64,000 nucleotides of DNA, from the NCBI GenBank assembly GCA_965279515.1, contig CBDIID010000003.1, forward strand, positions 2,816,001-2,880,000. Direction: 5' to 3'. The notes beneath the pieces were generated by a model. It worked only from the letters and a program-made list of their open reading frames with translations. It did no database searches and was not told the origin of the DNA. This document shows positions 19,866 to 29,131 of the stretch, one piece after another. This DNA is from Turneriella sp. Lineage in GTDB: Bacteria > Spirochaetota > Leptospiria > Turneriellales > Turneriellaceae. Within the stretch, counting starts at the first letter, position 1. The number at the start of each line of letters is the position of its first letter. Position numbers and translations under genes: made by a program.

Positions 19866-20600
19866 ATGTATATGCTGAGCAATATAAAGAAAACAATTTT
19901 GGCCGCAACGGTCATTACGGCGACAATTTCACTGGGAGCGATTGAAGACGCTTTCAAAGCAGGCAAGGATAGCCAAAAGGCGACTGATCTCGCAGAAACG
20001 GAGAAGCGTCTCGACGACCAGATCCGTCAGGTAGCGGAGCGCCTGCAGGCACTCTACACTCTGCGCGATATCGCACCGAAAGTCAAGCTGACACCGACAC
20101 AGACGATTTTTGAAACCGGTAAAGACGAAGACGGTGACTTCATCGAGCTAAAAGCTTATACTTTCAACCCGCAGTCTTACAACTACGGCAAGCCAGTCGG
20201 AACTGCAACGAAGTCAATGAGGCTCTATTTCAACGGCAAGGATCTGTCACGCATCAAAACCATTGTCGATGATCAGAACTTCTACGAGCAGTACAAGTAC
20301 TACACAAAATCATCGCATCCGAACCCGGCGAAGGGAAATCCGAATGAGATGCAACTCGCTACCTCGTTTAACAAACCCACCGAAGTAGCGGAAAAAAACC
20401 CGGATTACAAGGTCAAACTCGCAGATGTTGAAAACGATCCAAGTAACCCGAACCGCATCAAGTTCAAGCGCGATTTTTACATCGAGCACCTGATCTATTT
20501 CGAGAAACTCTTCCGTTTTACCTTTGAATTCCAAAAGCGCGGAGCGTCTAACGGCGACGTTGAGACAATCCACCGCTTGAAGAACTCTCTGCGTTACTAA
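19866..20600 (+). CDS. fcpB: Flagellar coiling protein B homologue (periplasmic flagellar sheath)
   Basis: Signal peptide; ETEKRLDDQI near the N-terminus and VEND...RIKFKRDFYIEHLIYFEKLF...LKNSLRY C-terminus resemble Leptospira FcpB as recalled. Confidence 0.75.
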   Translation: MYMLSNIKKTILAATVITATISLGAIEDAFKAGKDSQKATDLAETEKRLDDQIRQVAERLQALYTLRDIAPKVKLTPTQTIFETGKDEDGDFIELKAYTFNPQSYNYGKPVGTATKSMRLYFNGKDLSRIKTIVDDQNFYEQYKYYTKSSHPNPAKGNPNEMQLATSFNKPTEVAEKNPDYKVKLADVENDPSNPNRIKFKRDFYIEHLIYFEKLFRFTFEFQKRGASNGDVETIHRLKNSLRY

Positions 20601-20697
20601 GCTTACGCAAACGCCTGGACAGCAATTCAACCCGTTCAGGCGGCAAAGCCGCCAGGAAAAATTATATCAGGCAAAGCTCGAGTCACTCGAGCTTTTT

Positions 20698-21375
20698 GTG
20701 CGTGTTATTGCGCATGACCTGAACGGGCCTCTGACAGGCATGAACCTGACCCTGCAGGCATGCCAGCGTCTGAATAAGAATCCGGAGATGCATAAACTCC
20801 TGGACTCCATCGACGGCGACCTGCGCCAGGCGACAGACCTTCTCGAAGAACTGAAATCTCTCAATCGCCGGGAAACCTACCGGCTGCAAAAACTCGATTT
20901 AGCCCATGAGGTGAAACAGCTTGTGGAACAGCTGCGTATTGCACCGCGTAGCCCGATATTTATTGATTTTACCGAAGCGAATGTCAAGCTGGTCGTCGCT
21001 GGTGATTTGTCCCGCCTGCGGCGTGTCTGGCAGAATATTATCCGCAACGCCATGGATGCGGCTGAGGCGGGAAAAAGAGACGAGCGACCGCGACTCATGA
21101 TTACGGTAAAACAAACGGGAAAAATGGCGCGCCTGCAATTCCGCGATAATGCTGGGGGAATTCCCCGCCAACGCCTGACGCGCGTCTTTGAACCGTTCTT
21201 TACGACCAAGGGTGAAAAGAACCGCGGCCTCGGTCTTTTTATTGCACGTAAGATTGTCAGCGAACACAACGGCAAAATTCGCGTCGTGTCGCGGCGCCCC
21301 TACACGCGCGTGACATTGGATCTGCCACTCAGCGCATTTGCCACGAATAGCCCGTCAGAGCGTAGCGAACCATGA
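20698..21375 (+). CDS. Cytoplasmic histidine kinase (HisKA + HATPase) with no sensor domain; true start probably upstream of 20698
   Basis: IAHDLNGPL H-box, QNIIRNAMDA, DNAGGIP, FEPFFTTK, GLGL. Confidence 0.85.
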   Translation: MRVIAHDLNGPLTGMNLTLQACQRLNKNPEMHKLLDSIDGDLRQATDLLEELKSLNRRETYRLQKLDLAHEVKQLVEQLRIAPRSPIFIDFTEANVKLVVAGDLSRLRRVWQNIIRNAMDAAEAGKRDERPRLMITVKQTGKMARLQFRDNAGGIPRQRLTRVFEPFFTTKGEKNRGLGLFIARKIVSEHNGKIRVVSRRPYTRVTLDLPLSAFATNSPSERSEP

Positions 21376-22445
21376 CAAAACCGGCATCGACACCTTTTCT
21401 CGATTTCGGTGAAGCCGGTAAAAAAACCACCGGCAAAATACTACTCGTGGAAGACGTCGAATCGATACAGCTGGCGATCCGCGATTTTCTGTTCGCACGC
21501 TACGATGTGCAGTCGGTAACAACGGCCGAACATGCACTGATGGCGCTCGCCATGTCACCGGATATCGACCTGCTCATCACCGATATCAAACTGCCCGAAA
21601 TGAACGGCTTTGAACTCGGCAGGCTGGCGCGCAAACTGAGACCCGAGATTCCCATCATTATCATCACTTCGTACGATGTGAACGAATTCATCGACATCAT
21701 TAAAGAACACGGTTTTTCACAGATCATTACCAAACACGGCCGCATGAGCCTCAAGGAAATTGAGATCACGGTCGAGAAGATGCTATCGCAGGATATTTTC
21801 GGTGTAAAAAAGTATTTTCCTGAACTGCGCGAGAGTGAAATTACACTCGCGAATTTCCCCCGCACGTTTGCTAACGGCGTTTTATACACCACAAAAATTA
21901 AATCGCTGCACGAGCGCGGCGAACTTACGGACCGCATCGCGGCGCAATTTAAGTCGCAGAAGAGGGCACCGGAATCGACGACGAAACTGGTACTCGATGA
22001 AATCACTTCGAATGCCATGTTCCGCGCACCTGTGACCGATGGCGGAGAATTCAAGTACCAGACAAAAAATTCTCATCAGGATATCCTGCAGACGCACCAG
22101 AATATCGTGCTCGACGAGGAAGATCGCTTCACGCTGCAGTTTGGCATCAGCGACGAATGGATCATTATGGCCTGTATCGATCCGCACGGGCGGCTCACAA
22201 AAAAGGAAATACTCTACCGTCTGCACCGGCACCTGACGCTCGACCCGAATACCAGCCTGCCTGCGGGTCTGCACGATTCGCACGGTCGCGGCATTTTTTT
22301 GCTGCGCGAGCAACTGTCATCGCTGGTATTTAATATTGACCGCGGGCGTAAGACCGAGGTTATTTGCTTCTATAATTCAGCGGCCGCGCAGGCCTACAAA
22401 AATATTTCCGTTTATGAAATCGACAATGTCTCAAAACCTGATTGA
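21372..22445 (+). CDS. Response regulator with C-terminal HATPase/RsbW-like domain
   Basis: LLVED, DLLITDIKLPEMNG; C-terminal LDEITSNAMF...D.HG...HGRGIFLLR. Confidence 0.82.
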   Translation: MTKPASTPFLDFGEAGKKTTGKILLVEDVESIQLAIRDFLFARYDVQSVTTAEHALMALAMSPDIDLLITDIKLPEMNGFELGRLARKLRPEIPIIIITSYDVNEFIDIIKEHGFSQIITKHGRMSLKEIEITVEKMLSQDIFGVKKYFPELRESEITLANFPRTFANGVLYTTKIKSLHERGELTDRIAAQFKSQKRAPESTTKLVLDEITSNAMFRAPVTDGGEFKYQTKNSHQDILQTHQNIVLDEEDRFTLQFGISDEWIIMACIDPHGRLTKKEILYRLHRHLTLDPNTSLPAGLHDSHGRGIFLLREQLSSLVFNIDRGRKTEVICFYNSAAAQAYKNISVYEIDNVSKPD

Positions 22446-23133
22446 TCTGAAAAACCTGAGCTTTTCCTATGGCAAGCGGGTCATCCTCGATGGCATCGAC
22501 CTGAGTTTTCCCGCCGGAAGTTTCTCAGTCATCGCCGGCGAATCAGGCAGCGGCAAGAGCACACTGCTCTATATACTCGGAGGCTTCCAAAGGCCGGGTG
22601 GCGGTGAATATCTCTTTGAAGGGAAGCGGGTCTACCGCCGGTGGAGTGAATTCGGCCTGGGCCGTTTCCGGAAAAAAAACATCGGCTTTCTGTTCCAGGA
22701 TTTCCGCCTGCTGCCGTTTTTAACCGTAGAGCAGAACATCCGCTTTCCTGTCTATTTCTCGGGCATGCGTTTCGATACGGCGCGCCTTAAGGACCGCATG
22801 GAAAAGCTCGGCATCGCACACCGCGCTAAGGCATACCCTACGGCGATCTCGGGCGGTGAGGCCCAGCGTACGGGACTTTGCCGGGCGCTGCTCATGGACC
22901 CGCCCGTGTTACTGCTCGATGAACCCACAGGGAATCTCGACCGGGCAACAGAGAAGGCTATAGTCGATGTGCTCGAAGAGCTGAAGCAGGGCGGCCTGAC
23001 GCTGATCTGCGTTTCGCATAGTTCATTCATCATGGAGCGGGCAGACCATGTGCATTTTCTGAAGGATGGCAAGCTGCAAAGGCAGGAAAAAGCACCTGCC
23101 GCCAAGCCACGGGCAACGGTGAAAAAGAAATGA
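22426..23133 (+). CDS. ABC transporter ATP-binding protein (LolD/MacB-like)
   Basis: GESGSGKST, IGFLFQDFRLL, ISGGEAQR, LLLDEPTGNLD. Confidence 0.92.
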   Translation: MSQNLIDLKNLSFSYGKRVILDGIDLSFPAGSFSVIAGESGSGKSTLLYILGGFQRPGGGEYLFEGKRVYRRWSEFGLGRFRKKNIGFLFQDFRLLPFLTVEQNIRFPVYFSGMRFDTARLKDRMEKLGIAHRAKAYPTAISGGEAQRTGLCRALLMDPPVLLLDEPTGNLDRATEKAIVDVLEELKQGGLTLICVSHSSFIMERADHVHFLKDGKLQRQEKAPAAKPRATVKKK

Positions 23134-24500
23134 ATATTTTGCGATTTGTTTTGCGCCGTCTCTACCTGATCGTCTTTATTGCACGAAAACATTTCATCCG
23201 CAATGCACTCTCTTCGATCGGACTCTTCTTATCGCTGCTCGTCGTCATCACGATTCTCGGGGTTCTCGAACCTGTCAAAAAGATGATTCGCCAGAAAATG
23301 GAGTCGAGCCTGCCGCCGCAGACGCTGCGCCTCGTACCCGATCTTTCTCTGATGGGAAAGGGCAATAAGAACTGGAATCTCTTTAAAAAAGAGCAGGATA
23401 ACCTGATGCCGATTACCAGCCGAACGCTGGAGCGCGCGAAACACTGGGGTAAGCCCGGCGACGTGCGGCAGGTGAGCGCAACACAGCTTCTGCAACAACC
23501 GGCAATTGGCCGCTTCGAAGACCCTATACTCTCGCAGCTGGGCTTCCAGTTCGATCTGGTGCTCCAGGGGGTGCCGCAGCCCATGCTGAAGCCGCTGATG
23601 CGCTGCCGTGCGCCCTACAAGGGTGTCCAGGTCGAGGACAAGGACGATAAGATGATCGATGAGATCCCCGTCGTCGTTCCCGAAACCTATCTCGAAATCA
23701 TGTATGCCTATGCAATGATCAACGGCCTGCCAAACATTAGCGCGCAGAATCTCATCGGCATGAAGCTCAGGGCGCAGTTAGGGCAGAGCATCGTTGGCAC
23801 TAAATGGTCAAAAACCGAGGATGCCTTGCTTGTGGTCTGCGGGTTTGCGCCCGCAGGGGTAATCTCTGCGCTCGGCGTGCCGCTCGAATGGGTACAGAAA
23901 AAACACCGCGAGCGGAAACAGCTGAATGCGCTGGCGAGTTACGACCAGATTTTCATCGAAGTGGCGAATGAAAAGGCGCTGCCCGCTGTACTCAAGGCTG
24001 CGCGCAGCGAACGGCTGCGCGTGCCTGAGCAGAGCAAGAAATTTGATTCGATTCTGAAATCGCTGGAAAAGCTCGACCTCATTTTCCTGATCGTTGCGGC
24101 GATCCTGGGGGGCCTTGCCGCGATAGCGCTCGCGAATTCCTTCGCGCTGCTCGCCGTGCAGAACCGTTATGAATTCGGTCTCTATCTCGTGTTCGGGTCC
24201 TCGATGTTTTTCTTATGGTTTCTGCTCGCAGTCGAAGGGGCATTATGGGGATTTATACATTCTTCCTTGGCGGTAATGCTATCTGAGCCGGCCCTCAAAT
24301 TTCTGCAGGGGCATCTCAATGAACTGCCATGGCTCACGAAATTATCCGGGGCCGATCTTTCTGAACTGAAACTTGAACTCAGCAATGCAGAGCGCTTCCT
24401 GATCTATGGTGCAACAATTGGCATCAGCGCCCTGGCATCACTGATACCTGGCGCGATTATTCTCGGAAAACGAACTCTCTCGCTCGTCAAGAAAGACTAA
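23130..24500 (+). CDS. FtsX/LolC-like ABC permease
   Basis: One N-terminal TM, large periplasmic domain, three C-terminal TMs with R.EFG.Y..FG.S; overlaps the ATPase stop. Confidence 0.75.
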   Translation: MNILRFVLRRLYLIVFIARKHFIRNALSSIGLFLSLLVVITILGVLEPVKKMIRQKMESSLPPQTLRLVPDLSLMGKGNKNWNLFKKEQDNLMPITSRTLERAKHWGKPGDVRQVSATQLLQQPAIGRFEDPILSQLGFQFDLVLQGVPQPMLKPLMRCRAPYKGVQVEDKDDKMIDEIPVVVPETYLEIMYAYAMINGLPNISAQNLIGMKLRAQLGQSIVGTKWSKTEDALLVVCGFAPAGVISALGVPLEWVQKKHRERKQLNALASYDQIFIEVANEKALPAVLKAARSERLRVPEQSKKFDSILKSLEKLDLIFLIVAAILGGLAAIALANSFALLAVQNRYEFGLYLVFGSSMFFLWFLLAVEGALWGFIHSSLAVMLSEPALKFLQGHLNELPWLTKLSGADLSELKLELSNAERFLIYGATIGISALASLIPGAIILGKRTLSLVKKD

Positions 24501-25006
24501 GACCCTGTGGGATAGTTATCCTTGTGGAATTTAAGGATGCGCTGCAAATCGACTTCACTCTGCTCTTTGAATTCATAGACGATCAGTTTTTCGATTAATT
24601 TGCCGATACCGGGGATCTTAACGTTAGCCTCAATATCAATCCGTCTTTTGCTCTTGCCGTCGCCATCAGGCGTATACAGGGATCTCTCGTTAAACTGAAC
24701 CGCCGAATTTGCCAGTTTTAAGACCGTAAACGATGTGAACTCGGATGTTTTTTCATTGAAGGTTGTCGTTTCGTCGCAGGACAACGCTTCGCCATTGGCG
24801 AGTAATTTTTGCGCGAATAACGGCAGTGCCGTGCGAATCATCAGCTTATATTCGCGCGTCCGTAAATCCCCTTCGGTTTTATCTCCCAAGGGCTTAACCG
24901 CGGAAAACATATCCCAGATGTCGAGATGATCATACCGGGCTACGCGGATATCTACCAGCGTTTTGAAACTAAAGGGAAAGTGGTGTTCGAGTTTCGCGTG
25001 TTGCAC
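24497..25006 (-). CDS. DUF2505/SRPBCC-like protein
   Basis: HHFPFS, VKIPGIGKLIEKLI C-terminal helix-grip motif; GTG 25006 chosen. Confidence 0.6.
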   Translation of the reverse strand: MQHAKLEHHFPFSFKTLVDIRVARYDHLDIWDMFSAVKPLGDKTEGDLRTREYKLMIRTALPLFAQKLLANGEALSCDETTTFNEKTSEFTSFTVLKLANSAVQFNERSLYTPDGDGKSKRRIDIEANVKIPGIGKLIEKLIVYEFKEQSEVDLQRILKFHKDNYPTGS

Positions 25007-25053
25007 GGGTTCGAATGAGAAAGACAGAGTGTCGGTCAAAAACAAATCGCACC

Positions 25054-25551
25054 ATGCGTTACCAGCTCAGGCAAGAGTTCCCTTACCCGATTAAGACCGT
25101 GATTGCAGCGCGGGAGCTGCGCTACGACGACATCGACAATCAACCGGGACTCAAATCACAGGAACTTATGGGTACTGAAAGACAGGGGGCGGTGATCATC
25201 ACAAAACGGCTTTTTCGCTTCGGCACTGCAATTCCGGAAATCGTAAAAAAAATGGTGCCCGCCAAATTACTCGAAATGGTAGATACAAACTACTTTGATA
25301 CGGAAACGTATCTGAGCCGGTTTGTGATGCAATCCGAATATGCCCCGGAGAAAATTAAAATCACGGCGACCTGCCCTTATTTGGAAATTTCGGAAAATCT
25401 GACCGCGCGTGAATACGATGTGCTCGTCGAGGTCAATATTCCTATCGTGGGAAAATCCGTCGCCAACGCTGTCGCCGATTCCCACCGCGAAGCACTCATC
25501 AAGGACCACCAGATTATTCTCAACGCCTGCGCACGTCTTGCGGCACAGTAA
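25054..25551 (+). CDS. DUF2505/SRPBCC-like protein, probable paralogue of the divergent neighbour
   Basis: QEFPYP, ARELRYD, VNIPIVGKSVANAV. Confidence 0.6.
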   Translation: MRYQLRQEFPYPIKTVIAARELRYDDIDNQPGLKSQELMGTERQGAVIITKRLFRFGTAIPEIVKKMVPAKLLEMVDTNYFDTETYLSRFVMQSEYAPEKIKITATCPYLEISENLTAREYDVLVEVNIPIVGKSVANAVADSHREALIKDHQIILNACARLAAQ

Positions 25552-25591
25552 TCGGCTTGACCGACACCGCGGGTCTGCATAAGGAGGCTCC

Positions 25592-25954
25592 ATGAAATCC
25601 ATGCTTCAACTCTTAATCGCGCTCTGCGCGGCGGTAACCCTGCTTTATGCCGGCGCCAAAGAAACAGCGAAAGCCGAGATCGGCCGGCAGTTTGATTTGG
25701 TAAAAAGAGGCGACCTGGAAAAACTTAAGGCGCGCTTCACCGAGCGGCAAAAAGACCGCATCACATTGGAGAAGGTAAAAAAGGCACAGGCTGAGATCTC
25801 ACATTATACCATGGATGACCTGGTCGCATCGGCCATTGAGGGTGAATACCAGGGAAAAAAGACCATTAAAATCAAGATGAAAAACGGGCGCACCCTCACC
25901 ACCCTGATCCAGGAAGGGTCAGAGTGGTATTCCGATACAATCTGGTTCAGGTAG
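25592..25954 (+). CDS. Small exported hypothetical protein
   Basis: SD AAGGAGG; signal peptide. Confidence 0.7.
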   Translation: MKSMLQLLIALCAAVTLLYAGAKETAKAEIGRQFDLVKRGDLEKLKARFTERQKDRITLEKVKKAQAEISHYTMDDLVASAIEGEYQGKKTIKIKMKNGRTLTTLIQEGSEWYSDTIWFR

Positions 25955-25963
25955 CCGGAAAAA

Positions 25964-27115
25964 TTATTTCGCGCTCACATCGAGCGCGTTGGGCTTCACG
26001 TCGCCGATCTTGAGTTTGATCGAAAGACCTGAGGTCAGCAGGCGGTCAGCCAGGTCGAAGGATGAACCCTCGAACTCGACCTCGAGCTTTGCTGCCTTGC
26101 CGGCCGAACCCTTGGGATTCACAGCCTTGACGCCGCGCACTTTTTCAGTCAGCTCACCGCGCAGAACCATCAGTTTCTCATAGTCAAGACCTGTGACGAG
26201 CAGCGCAATTGTGCTGCCGCGATTGATATCCCACAAACTGACAATATCACTGACGAGTTTTTCGCGGATGGGAGTCACGGCCTTCTTCACAGCCTGCACA
26301 CCACCTGATTCGGCATTGATGTGCGGGTAGGCGCCGTGCTGCTGGTCTGCAGTCAGAATTTTACCGGTGTTTATATCGATCACGCGCACATTGAGATCGG
26401 CCTGTACTGAAATAAGCTGCGAACCGCCAACCTTACCGGCCTCTTTCACGCGGCTGGAACCCACGAGAATGATTTCGGCGCCCGCATCGACACCCAGCTC
26501 GCGGGCAGCAGAGTTATTGCCACCCAGCGCTTCGGAGATTTTCTTGCGGTTCTTTTTGACAATTTTCTCTACCGTGGCGCGATCGACAAAAGGAAATCCC
26601 GCAGAGATGAACTGCGCTTCGATTTCGGTCTGCGCCACCTTATTGGTGTCAGGCTTACCGTTGAAACTTTCGTCGACGAGCACCATCATGCGCGGTTTGC
26701 CCTGCGACGCCACAACTTCTTCGATGGTCTGATTGATGAGCGCCATGCTCACCTTTGCCTTAATTTTAACGTTATACTCGGCGTCTGAAACGGCCGACGA
26801 TGAAAGTATTTCGAAGGTTTCGATCATGCCCTCAGACTTGCTCGTGACAGTTTGTTTTACGAGCTGGAAGTTTTTTACATCGCTGCGCGCAGAAACCACG
26901 CTGCCCAAAACTTCCTGAACCGCTACGCGCTTGGCATCTTTAAGGGCTTCGTCTTTTGCGAGGCCGAGATTTCCGCTTTGAATCGCGGCAATGCCTGTCA
27001 CGGTTACCCAGCCGTCGTTCTCTTCAGGCTTTGCGGTAGTCGACTTGCATGCCGCCGCAAGGAACAGAAATGGGATTAAGATTGAAACTAAAACTCTATG
27101 TGATTTGATACGCAT
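25964..27115 (-). CDS. Lipoprotein with FlgT N-terminal-like and CsgG-like domains
   Basis: LAAAC lipobox; V.GIA.I...AKDEALKDAKR.AV..V.G..V; ELGVDAGAEIILVG...VIDINTGKIL. Confidence 0.65.
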   Translation of the reverse strand: MRIKSHRVLVSILIPFLFLAAACKSTTAKPEENDGWVTVTGIAAIQSGNLGLAKDEALKDAKRVAVQEVLGSVVSARSDVKNFQLVKQTVTSKSEGMIETFEILSSSAVSDAEYNVKIKAKVSMALINQTIEEVVASQGKPRMMVLVDESFNGKPDTNKVAQTEIEAQFISAGFPFVDRATVEKIVKKNRKKISEALGGNNSAARELGVDAGAEIILVGSSRVKEAGKVGGSQLISVQADLNVRVIDINTGKILTADQQHGAYPHINAESGGVQAVKKAVTPIREKLVSDIVSLWDINRGSTIALLVTGLDYEKLMVLRGELTEKVRGVKAVNPKGSAGKAAKLEVEFEGSSFDLADRLLTSGLSIKLKIGDVKPNALDVSAK

Positions 27116-27161
27116 ACATGCAGGCTGAGAATAGCTATTTTACCCGTAAAGCACTTGGCGC

Positions 27162-27410
27162 TTAGCGGATCTGGAAAATTTTGGGCTCGATTTTCTCACC
27201 TGCGCCGCTGAGCAGATACCAGGCACTCTTGTCGTTCATCGAAAATTAACGCCGTGCGTCAGTGAGGTATCGACCGCGCTTAAAAACGCCAACGGCCCCA
27301 TGAGAATTTCATCCGCACCCAGCGCAAACATCGTCACCGCCGTTCGATTTTATGAAAAAATACAGTGTATCCTGCACACCCCAGTCGCGTATCGTTTCAT
27401 AGAGCCGCTG
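27162..27410 (-). pseudogene. Decayed relic of an SDH-family/Clp-fold serine peptidase gene
   Basis: Fragments in different frames: LYETIRDWGVQDTLYFFIKSNGG, TMFALGADEILMGPLAFLSAVDTSLTH and MNDKSAWYLL...IFQIR*. Confidence 0.65.
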
Positions 27411-27420
27411 CCGGCATGTG

Positions 27421-28740
27421 TCATTCCCCGAGAAGTTTGAGATCTTTGTCAATAAAAGAAGCGAATATCTCCTGGATGCCGTTTCCACCGTTTTCTTTCG
27501 CGCCTCCCCAGAGAGCATGGGGGATCTTCCACTGCGCCAAAGCGCGGCGACGCTCTTCGAGGCCGCCCGGCGAGCGTATCTCTCCGGTAAGAGAAACCTG
27601 GCCCGCCACGGCGCGGCGCTTCATGAGCGGCTTTTCGAGATAACTCGACGCCATCGCGCACAGCAGCGCGAGGTCACCTGCCGGCTCGGCAAGCGCCGTG
27701 CCGCCATTGACTCGCACGAAAATATCGCACTGCGAAAGTTTCAGGCTGCAGAATTTTTCGAGAATCGCCGCGATCAGGTGGATGCGCGAAAGTTCGATAT
27801 TCTCCCCGATGCGGCGGCCATTGGCAAAACCTGTGGGCGTGACCAGCACCTGAATCTCGAGGGGGATTATCCGCGTGCCTTCGAGTTGGGGAAACAGGCA
27901 TGAGCCCATGCCACCGATTTCCTGCACCGGCAGCAGCGAATCGGCGTTCTGTATCTCCCGGAAACCTGTCGCCGTCATTTCAAAGATGGCGACATCGCCT
28001 GTCGCACCAAAACGATTCTTGACTGCACGCAGAAAACGATAGCGCGTCGCCTGGTTCTGCTCGAAATAGATAACCGTATCGACGGCGTGCTCGAGCAGTT
28101 TCGGTCCAGCAATCTGGCCATCCTTCGTGATATGCCCTGCCAGCACGAAGGCAACCTGGTTTGTCTTGGCAAATTCGATGATGCGTTGCGTGACTTCCCT
28201 GATCTGCGTCGGCGATCCCGCAAAGCCCGTGCGCTGGTCTGTATACGCGGTTTGTATGGAATCGAGCAGTACGAGCCGCGATTTTTTTTGTTTCACATAG
28301 TCGAGTAACTGCGAAACGCTGTTGCCCTGGATGATATCCAGATCATCGCCGAGGCCCAGCCGCGTGGCGCGGCTCTGCACCTGTGACAGGCTCTCTTCAC
28401 CAGTGACGTAAACCGCCTTGGTATTGCGCATAATCTCCAGCAGGAGTGTCGACTTACCGATGCCAGGTTCGCCGCCGATGAGAATCACCGCACCCGGCAT
28501 GATGCCGCCGCCGAGCAGGCTATCAAACTGCCTGAGGCCCGTTTGCATCACCGCAAGCGTCTCAGCTCTGCCGGTAATGAGTGGTTTAGACAGCGATTCA
28601 GCCGCCGTGACTTCTTCGAATCTGTTTTCGGTCAGGCTGTTCCAGGCCTTGCATGAAGGGCACTGGCCGTACCATTTCGGAAAGGAATCACCGCATTCGG
28701 AGCAGAGATAGGATGTTTTTTCTTTTTTAGGTTTTTGCAT
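27421..28740 (-). CDS. radA: DNA repair protein RadA/Sms
   Basis: C..CG...KW.GQCP.C.AWN zinc finger, GGEPGIGKSTLL, LDSIQT, GHITK.G.IAGP, KNRFG. Confidence 0.96.
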   Translation of the reverse strand: MQKPKKEKTSYLCSECGDSFPKWYGQCPSCKAWNSLTENRFEEVTAAESLSKPLITGRAETLAVMQTGLRQFDSLLGGGIMPGAVILIGGEPGIGKSTLLLEIMRNTKAVYVTGEESLSQVQSRATRLGLGDDLDIIQGNSVSQLLDYVKQKKSRLVLLDSIQTAYTDQRTGFAGSPTQIREVTQRIIEFAKTNQVAFVLAGHITKDGQIAGPKLLEHAVDTVIYFEQNQATRYRFLRAVKNRFGATGDVAIFEMTATGFREIQNADSLLPVQEIGGMGSCLFPQLEGTRIIPLEIQVLVTPTGFANGRRIGENIELSRIHLIAAILEKFCSLKLSQCDIFVRVNGGTALAEPAGDLALLCAMASSYLEKPLMKRRAVAGQVSLTGEIRSPGGLEERRRALAQWKIPHALWGGAKENGGNGIQEIFASFIDKDLKLLGE

Positions 28741-28766
28741 AAAAAAGCCCACGCACGCGTGGGCTT
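28741..28766 (-). terminator. Intrinsic terminator after the cytochrome c oxidase operon
   Basis: Minus strand AAGCCCACGCGTGCGTGGGC followed by TTTTTT. Confidence 0.7.
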
Positions 28767-28789
28767 GCTCTTTTAGCGCGGAGTATTTG

Positions 28790-29122
28790 CTACTTCGCGT
28801 ACATCAATTCGCCCGTCTTCTCGGCCACGTCCCAAACCATGGTACCGACCATGAGAAAGAGAAACGGAATCGACAGAGCGGCGAAGCCGACGATGAGTTT
28901 TTCTTCCCATTTGAGGTGCATGAAATACAAGGCAACGAGCAGGGCTTTGATCGAAGCGATAAAGAGAGCGATGGAAATGTTAATCGCCACCGAGCCAAAA
29001 TCCACTTTAGAAATCTTAACGGTTACGATTGTTAAGATGATCAGCGCGACAAAGGTCAGCGTCAACTCCTTCATGTGAGAATGAACGCCGTGCGATTCTG
29101 CGTGTGTGTCTGAATGTGACAT
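28790..29122 (-). CDS. Cytochrome c oxidase subunit IV (caa3 type)
   Basis: Three TMs, IASIKALLVALYFMHLKWE. Confidence 0.88.
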   Translation of the reverse strand: MSHSDTHAESHGVHSHMKELTLTFVALIILTIVTVKISKVDFGSVAINISIALFIASIKALLVALYFMHLKWEEKLIVGFAALSIPFLFLMVGTMVWDVAEKTGELMYAK

Positions 29123-29131
29123 GGTAACTCC

